NCBI GenBank assembly: GCA_020348985.1
Contig: CP070761.1
Coordinates: forward strand, 497,850-561,849
Direction of reading: 5' to 3'
From: Candidatus Thorarchaeota archaeon
Lineage (GTDB): Archaea > Asgardarchaeota > Thorarchaeia > Thorarchaeales > Thorarchaeaceae
DNA: 64,000 nucleotides
In this document: positions 58,929 through 64,000 of the stretch, piece by piece
Layout: each line of letters starts with the position of its first letter
How positions within the stretch are numbered: position 1 is the stretch's first letter
Notes under the pieces: generated by a model
Told to the model about the DNA's origin: nothing
The model's input: the letters and a program-made list of their open reading frames with translations, nothing else
Databases searched by the model: none
Translations under genes and position numbers: made by a program

Positions 58929-59011
58929 CTCGCTTTGAGCGATTTGGATTTATATTTATTTGAACACCATTTAACTATTGTGAAGTGTGCATATATCACG
59001 TCGGACATTGA

Positions 59012-59140
59012 CGAGCAGCTTTCAGAATGCAGCACAGAAGGTGCGATGGCACCGAGTTCACAGCTGAGGTCAGTCTGACCCACATCATCTTCGAAGGTGA
59101 ATCCCTTGTTCAGGGTATAGTCATAATGATTGTGGAATGA
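59012..59140 (+). pseudogene. Isolated PAS/PAC C-terminal fragment
   Basis: FRMQHRRCDGTEFTAEVSLTHIIFEGESLVQGIV fits the PAC consensus; bounded by TGA 59009 and TGA 59138. Confidence 0.65.
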
Positions 59141-59153
59141 ATCCGAAGAGTAT

Positions 59154-60347
59154 CTAGCTGATTATGAGCAACTCCAAATCCCTTGGGTATTTTGTTAGTA
59201 CCTCAATGCCATCATTAGTGACGACAAATGTATCGCTGTGTCGGAAACCGCCAAGACCCCGTTCATAGATGCCAGGTTCGCAAGAAAAGATCATTCCGGG
59301 CTTCAGCACCTCTTCAGAACCGACATCAAGGAATGGCCGTTCATGCCCCTCCATTCCTAAGGCATGTCCCGTGTGATGTCTAACAAGATTGGCAACACCA
59401 TGGTCCTTGAACGCCTTTCTGGCAGCTTTGTCTACTTCGGCACAATCAATGTCGGGTCCTGCTGCGGCCAGTGCTGCATCTTGTGCGGCCATCATGGCTT
59501 TGAATAGCTCCTTCTGGCGGGAACTCGGTTCGCCCATAAACATGGTTCTTTCAAGCTCGGACTTGACTCCATAGACATCCGATGAGGCTCCGGTCACGAG
59601 TGTGTCGCCCTTCTTGAATAACAGCCCTCTTGACAATGCATGCGGGAAATATGAGTTAGGGCCAATCTGTCCACGATAGACTGCAGACGCAGGAAACATC
59701 GAGAAGCCTGTGGGATGATAGTTGTCGCCGAGCTCTGTTATCATGTCATGTGAGCCCTGAGTACTTGCCCTGATTGAAACGTCCATCTCGTTGGCACCAA
59801 CTTCGGTGAAGTCTTGTAGATACTTGTGGACTCGGTCAGCCCACTTCGAGGACTCCCGCATTAGATCGATTTCTTTTGGTTCTTTGATGACTCGCATATC
59901 CATTATTAGATCTGGTAGCAAATGAAACTTGAAACCAGTTGATTCCTCGAGCTTTGGCCCTTTGTATCCCCAATAACTTGGTGCCCCGGGAGCTTCAGAT
60001 GCAACCTTAAGAGGCTCTATCTTGATCTCATTCATCAGAACGTCAGCCAGACAGTACATGGGGTGTTTCACATCGGGATACTCGAAGTATGAGAAGATTT
60101 CAGAAACGAAAGGAACCTGATGCTCCACGTGATCGATTTCCAGTGAAGGTACGAAGAAATAGGTCTCGCCCTTGTGCACAATAAGGACAATAGGTCGTTC
60201 TGTCGGTATGAAAGACAGACCTGTGAGATAGAAGATGTTCTTTGCGTTGAAAACGAGAAGAGTGTCTTTCTCTTCCTCCTCAAGCTTTGCACTTAGTTTC
60301 TCAATCCTTTTCTGGTGATGCTCTGGCGTCAATCTTGTCGTCGTCAA
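59154..60347 (-). CDS. M24 Xaa-Pro peptidase/creatinase-family protein
   Basis: NIFYLTG, RVIKEPKEI, HHTGHALGMEGHE.P, CEPGIY. Confidence 0.85.
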   Translation of the reverse strand: MTTTRLTPEHHQKRIEKLSAKLEEEEKDTLLVFNAKNIFYLTGLSFIPTERPIVLIVHKGETYFFVPSLEIDHVEHQVPFVSEIFSYFEYPDVKHPMYCLADVLMNEIKIEPLKVASEAPGAPSYWGYKGPKLEESTGFKFHLLPDLIMDMRVIKEPKEIDLMRESSKWADRVHKYLQDFTEVGANEMDVSIRASTQGSHDMITELGDNYHPTGFSMFPASAVYRGQIGPNSYFPHALSRGLLFKKGDTLVTGASSDVYGVKSELERTMFMGEPSSRQKELFKAMMAAQDAALAAAGPDIDCAEVDKAARKAFKDHGVANLVRHHTGHALGMEGHERPFLDVGSEEVLKPGMIFSCEPGIYERGLGGFRHSDTFVVTNDGIEVLTKYPRDLELLIIS

Positions 60348-60435
60348 TTTTCCCTTACCGGTTTCTAGAGGTTGTAACCATCAATTAAGAATTGTCAGGC
60401 GGACTTTCTTCACTTATTCCTAGGTCGAGCTGAGA

Positions 60436-60972
60436 TTATTGAGGTCGACTTGACCGAATTCGCCCACCTTGAAGGATCATATCACTGACCGTGACGATTC
60501 CCGAACATATGCTGACCGTGAAACTCAGAATCAGAGCAAGTGGAACCGAGTAGTATAGAATTCCAAATAACGCTTCAATTGAGGGAAGATGCCGAACCAA
60601 GTAGAAGTGGAGAAATGGATCGGATAGTTGCCTTTGGATTTCAGCGACTACTGGAATGAAAAACATGGCAACAGCCAGGAAACCAACGAGATTGAGAATC
60701 AGAGACCCCTTCCATGCATTCTTGTCTTCCATCATGAGCCCATAGAATACCACTAGTCCAACTGCGCCCATCACAAGCGGCAAGAGCGCCAGTGAAATGA
60801 AAGAAAGGGAGTCACGGAATGGGTTCCCGTAGGGGCCCCCATAGAAGCCCTCGGCCTCAAAGAGGATACCGCTCATGAGATCATAGGCATTATACGACAC
60901 TACTTCAAGAAGTAAATAGACAAACGCCGTAGCCGCTTGAAAGAGTGCCACTATTGTTGGTTTGTCCATCAT
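60436..60972 (-). CDS. Four-TM membrane protein (paralog A)
   Basis: EGFYGGPYGNP loop; similar to 61038..61544. Confidence 0.65.
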   Translation of the reverse strand: MMDKPTIVALFQAATAFVYLLLEVVSYNAYDLMSGILFEAEGFYGGPYGNPFRDSLSFISLALLPLVMGAVGLVVFYGLMMEDKNAWKGSLILNLVGFLAVAMFFIPVVAEIQRQLSDPFLHFYLVRHLPSIEALFGILYYSVPLALILSFTVSICSGIVTVSDMILQGGRIRSSRPQ

Positions 60973-61037
60973 CTTATTTGCCCTCCTTCATTGATTGAAA
61001 AGGAGTGCGGCTATTGCAGAATTACGCGTCACTTCTT

Positions 61038-61544
61038 TCACTTCCCGAAGACTGAATCAACAGGTAAACTTCTACTTTGACCGGCGAGCATCTCATAGCT
61101 TAGTTTCGCTACTGCTAGACTCAGAATCACAGCAGGGAGAATTAGGAAGTACAAGACCAGTACAAAGCCTATGTCCACGAAGGGCTCCGATCTCAAGAAC
61201 TGTAGAGATTCTATCGCAAGAACTGGAAAGAATATGAGAATCATTAATACGATTCCAACGACATTGAGCAACTGAGACCACTTCCATAGGTTCTTGATTT
61301 CCATCCGGAGTGGGTAGAACAGTATTAATCCAATTGCGCCTATCAGAAGCGGCATTATCACAGCTGAAAAGAACGAAAGGAACTCATGATACGGGTTCCC
61401 CCATGGACCTCCATAATAGCCCTCAACCTGAAAGAGAATTGCCCCAAGGGTATCAAGGTTCTGGGACGATACGGCGCCAAGAAGTAGATAAACAGAAGCC
61501 GCAGCCAATTGGAGGAATGCCGCAATACTTGATTTGGTAGTCAC
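61038..61544 (-). CDS. Four-TM membrane protein (paralog B)
   Basis: EGYYGGPWGNP loop; GTG 61544 overlaps the upstream stop (ATGTGA). Confidence 0.65.
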   Translation of the reverse strand: MTTKSSIAAFLQLAAASVYLLLGAVSSQNLDTLGAILFQVEGYYGGPWGNPYHEFLSFFSAVIMPLLIGAIGLILFYPLRMEIKNLWKWSQLLNVVGIVLMILIFFPVLAIESLQFLRSEPFVDIGFVLVLYFLILPAVILSLAVAKLSYEMLAGQSRSLPVDSVFGK

Positions 61545-62404
61545 ATCTCTTGCCTCCGCGACAGGTAGAACGCGTTCCTTGTGGTAGGAACGAGCAAGCA
61601 TACGACAACAACCAAGCTAGTCGCAAAGGTGATTATGGCGCTGATGCCTGGGCCACCTGAGTAGAAACCAGAGGGGAGAGCATCGAAACTTAGGAAGAGA
61701 GCAATAAGGAGAGTAACAAGATTCAGGAACAAAGCTGACCAATAGGCCCAAGTCTGTAGGTTCCAGAGCCCCCAGAATACGAGTAGACCAATGATCCCCA
61801 CCATATAGAAGATGATGTTGAGTATATTTGTGAACCAGACCATTCCATGCATTACTAGATTGAAAAGTGTAGAAAGCAGATAGATTATGGCGAGAATAGC
61901 TATTCCTTTAGGTATTGCCAAATCTCTGAGTATGAAGACACCGGAGTATAGGGCGACTGTGCTACTCAGAACAAGGACAACGGGAACGAGTATGAACAGA
62001 AAGTCGAGGACAGGACGAGCAGCCAGATAGTAGTCCGTCATATCTGGATTTAGAGTCTGGAGATACAGTCCAACGTTATCGAAGATCTCGCTGTATCCGG
62101 CCCAAGTCCATAGAATTCCAATGACATTGAAGACAATAGTCACACCCCATCTATTCGTACTTGAAATCCAGAGTTCGGAGAATAGCACCAGGCAAACTAT
62201 GCCGACCAAAACTGGTGTAGGCCTCAAAAGGCCAGTACCACCAACGGCCATCATACCGAGTGAGTAGTCATCGATAAAATGGCGCAAACCCTCGAAAGCT
62301 CCATATGTCACTAATCCTAGAAGAATATAGCCTGCTGCTGCAGCCAATAGGAAGAATGCGGGCAATGTTAATTTGCGAGACACCCAATTCGACCTCCTTC
62401 TCAT
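61541..62404 (-). CDS. Eight-TM membrane protein related to the two downstream paralogs
   Basis: Two 4-TM units with G.V.L....L.....W......N.VG pattern. Confidence 0.65.
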   Translation of the reverse strand: MRRRSNWVSRKLTLPAFFLLAAAAGYILLGLVTYGAFEGLRHFIDDYSLGMMAVGGTGLLRPTPVLVGIVCLVLFSELWISSTNRWGVTIVFNVIGILWTWAGYSEIFDNVGLYLQTLNPDMTDYYLAARPVLDFLFILVPVVLVLSSTVALYSGVFILRDLAIPKGIAILAIIYLLSTLFNLVMHGMVWFTNILNIIFYMVGIIGLLVFWGLWNLQTWAYWSALFLNLVTLLIALFLSFDALPSGFYSGGPGISAIITFATSLVVVVCLLVPTTRNAFYLSRRQEM

Positions 62405-62598
62405 CGCGAGAGTTATGAGATACTCACTTGCGTAGACATGACCTGCATAAATCTACATTGGTTCTTCTTTCGAACTCAAATCAACTGCTTCGTTCTGTTT
62501 TTGTCATGTAACTTTTCAAATAGAGGAAGAGGGGTCTCCTTTGCTGCCGTAACCAAACATCATAGATTGATTTCCATGTGAAACTAGTGCTGACGATT

Positions 62599-64000
62599 TC
62601 AGGCGCTTCTGAAGGTCAAAGCAATCCGTTTCTTGTCCGACCCTTTGATTTCCTCGTACCGGATTCGACCACCATACCGTTCCATCAAAAGGATTGACAT
62701 GAAGAGGTCCAAATCTAGAATGCTTCTTCTCAAGGGAGGTCTAACGGTCAGCCACTCAATCATTTCTGACGTAATCCCAGGACCCTCATACTCGAAAGTC
62801 AATTCCGTATCTCCAGAAACCTTCTTCATTGATACATTCACCATTGGCGAAGGTCCCTTGACCTGCTGACCACACCTAGTGACCATGTTCACTAGGACGA
62901 TGTCGATCATGTCATCGGCGTAAACCTGTATCGAACCCTCCTTAGCCGAAATTGCAAACACGACGTCCCTCTGTAAAGAAGATTCTGCTTCTCTAACTGA
63001 TTTTAGGAGAGCTTGGTCGAGATTGACAGGCCAGGTGATTGCGTCAGCTCTTTCTTTGATCTTGGTCAACTTCGCAACCTGTCGGTTGACCCGGATAGCT
63101 TCTTGAATCAAGTCCTCCGTTGGCTTTTGCAGTGATGAAAGATCTCCTCCAACCTTAATCCCTTCCTCGATCAGCTCGAGATAGGTCGCAATCGCATGGA
63201 GAAGATTCCCCATCTTGTGGGTCCATAAGCTCAGATAGAACTCGGTCTCTTCCCGTGATTCCTGCAATTGGAATGTTCGCTCGCTTACAACAGTCTCCAG
63301 GGCTCGATGTGGTTCTATGATAGACGTAAGAATCATAGCTGCAGCTAAGAGCGTGAAACCAACAGCCATGCCCGCAATCCAAATGAGTTCTGCCACTTGC
63401 AGTGGATCATCAAGAATTGCGAAGACAAAGACTGACGTAATCCAACTGACAAGTGCAAGAGTAAGTGCAAGGACAATCCGATCCTTCGTCCTAAGCCATT
63501 CGGACATGTACCGAAAGAAAGACACGAAGGCTGTAATGCTGACGACAATGAAGACTGCCCAGCCGACGGGGGTAATTCCGGCAAGTCCCCAAGGAGGTCT
63601 CGTTAGTTCAAAAGGAGGCACTGGAACAAAAAACAACCATAATGCAAAGGCAGGCTGTGCCAAAATGCCCCACAAGATAGTGATATTCCGCATCTTTGTG
63701 GTCACTTGCCTTTCGCCGGCTATGGAACCAGCAAGCAAGCCGGGAGCCAAGAGGAAACCAAGTGCGGTCACAATAGTCCGGTTTCTGATTCTATCGGCGA
63801 AAGCAGACCATGTAGCCACCGGATGTGTGACTAGAATAAGAAATGCCAGAAGGACAACGTTTGCTCCAAGCAGGCAGATTATGAAGCTTCTGAAGAATCG
63901 CTCTTGTGTATACTGAACGAAAGAATATGTCGCGACAATTCCTGATACCGTGGCCCAGATTGTGGTGACAACTGAGAGCCAGAAATTGAACTCGGCTGTT
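62599..64000 (-). CDS. Membrane sensor histidine-kinase-like protein with degenerate ATPase domain; 5' end outside the window
   Basis: Frame open to the window end; multiple TM helices; EFYLSLWTHKMGN H-box; YEGPGI and ILDLDL replace DxGxG and GLGL. Confidence 0.8.
   Translation of the reverse strand, partial: TAEFNFWLSVVTTIWATVSGIVATYSFVQYTQERFFRSFIICLLGANVVLLAFLILVTHPVATWSAFADRIRNRTIVTALGFLLAPGLLAGSIAGERQVTTKMRNITILWGILAQPAFALWLFFVPVPPFELTRPPWGLAGITPVGWAVFIVVSITAFVSFFRYMSEWLRTKDRIVLALTLALVSWITSVFVFAILDDPLQVAELIWIAGMAVGFTLLAAAMILTSIIEPHRALETVVSERTFQLQESREETEFYLSLWTHKMGNLLHAIATYLELIEEGIKVGGDLSSLQKPTEDLIQEAIRVNRQVAKLTKIKERADAITWPVNLDQALLKSVREAESSLQRDVVFAISAKEGSIQVYADDMIDIVLVNMVTRCGQQVKGPSPMVNVSMKKVSGDTELTFEYEGPGITSEMIEWLTVRPPLRRSILDLDLFMSILLMERYGGRIRYEEIKGSDKKRIALTFRSA

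Noticed and set aside
1-64000. Many short antisense or overlapping ORFs in the track (e.g. 7916..8362, 34444..34950, 57964..58617, 63317..63916)
   Set aside because: They shadow well-supported genes and show no independent motifs.
1-64000. tRNA, rRNA and insertion sequences
   Set aside because: No cloverleaf or rRNA signatures, transposase motifs or terminal inverted repeats seen by eye; a covariance-model scan would be needed to exclude them fully.

Overview
Gene-dense archaeal chromosomal segment. Gene content suggests an Asgard archaeon, probably Thorarchaeota-like (inference): NosD/beta-helix and Kelch surface proteins with C-terminal anchors, double-HTH Lrp regulators, TetRs with a YFPxGK motif, ATC-hydrolase-like paralogs, LRR and TPR proteins, a large HdrA fusion and a single-OB-fold SSB. 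About 50 CDS; I saw no rRNA, tRNA, CRISPR array, transposase or integrase. Main leads: (1) three tandem cytoplasmic two-domain retropepsin-like aspartic proteases, one with DTG changed to ETG, sharing a 24-bp upstream box with the adjacent winged-helix regulator and carrying Cys-pair inserts; (2) a TPR-nitrilase fusion; (3) a PAS histidine-kinase-like protein lacking the phospho-His and fused to a CxxC thioredoxin, plus a second kinase with the opposite defect; (4) a recurring Thr-rich/GGID/TM/basic C-terminal motif on unrelated surface proteins; (5) a hierarchical 24-bp coding tandem repeat; (6) several operator-like palindromes and gene remnants the ORF track misses. All family assignments come from reading motifs by eye, not from database searches.
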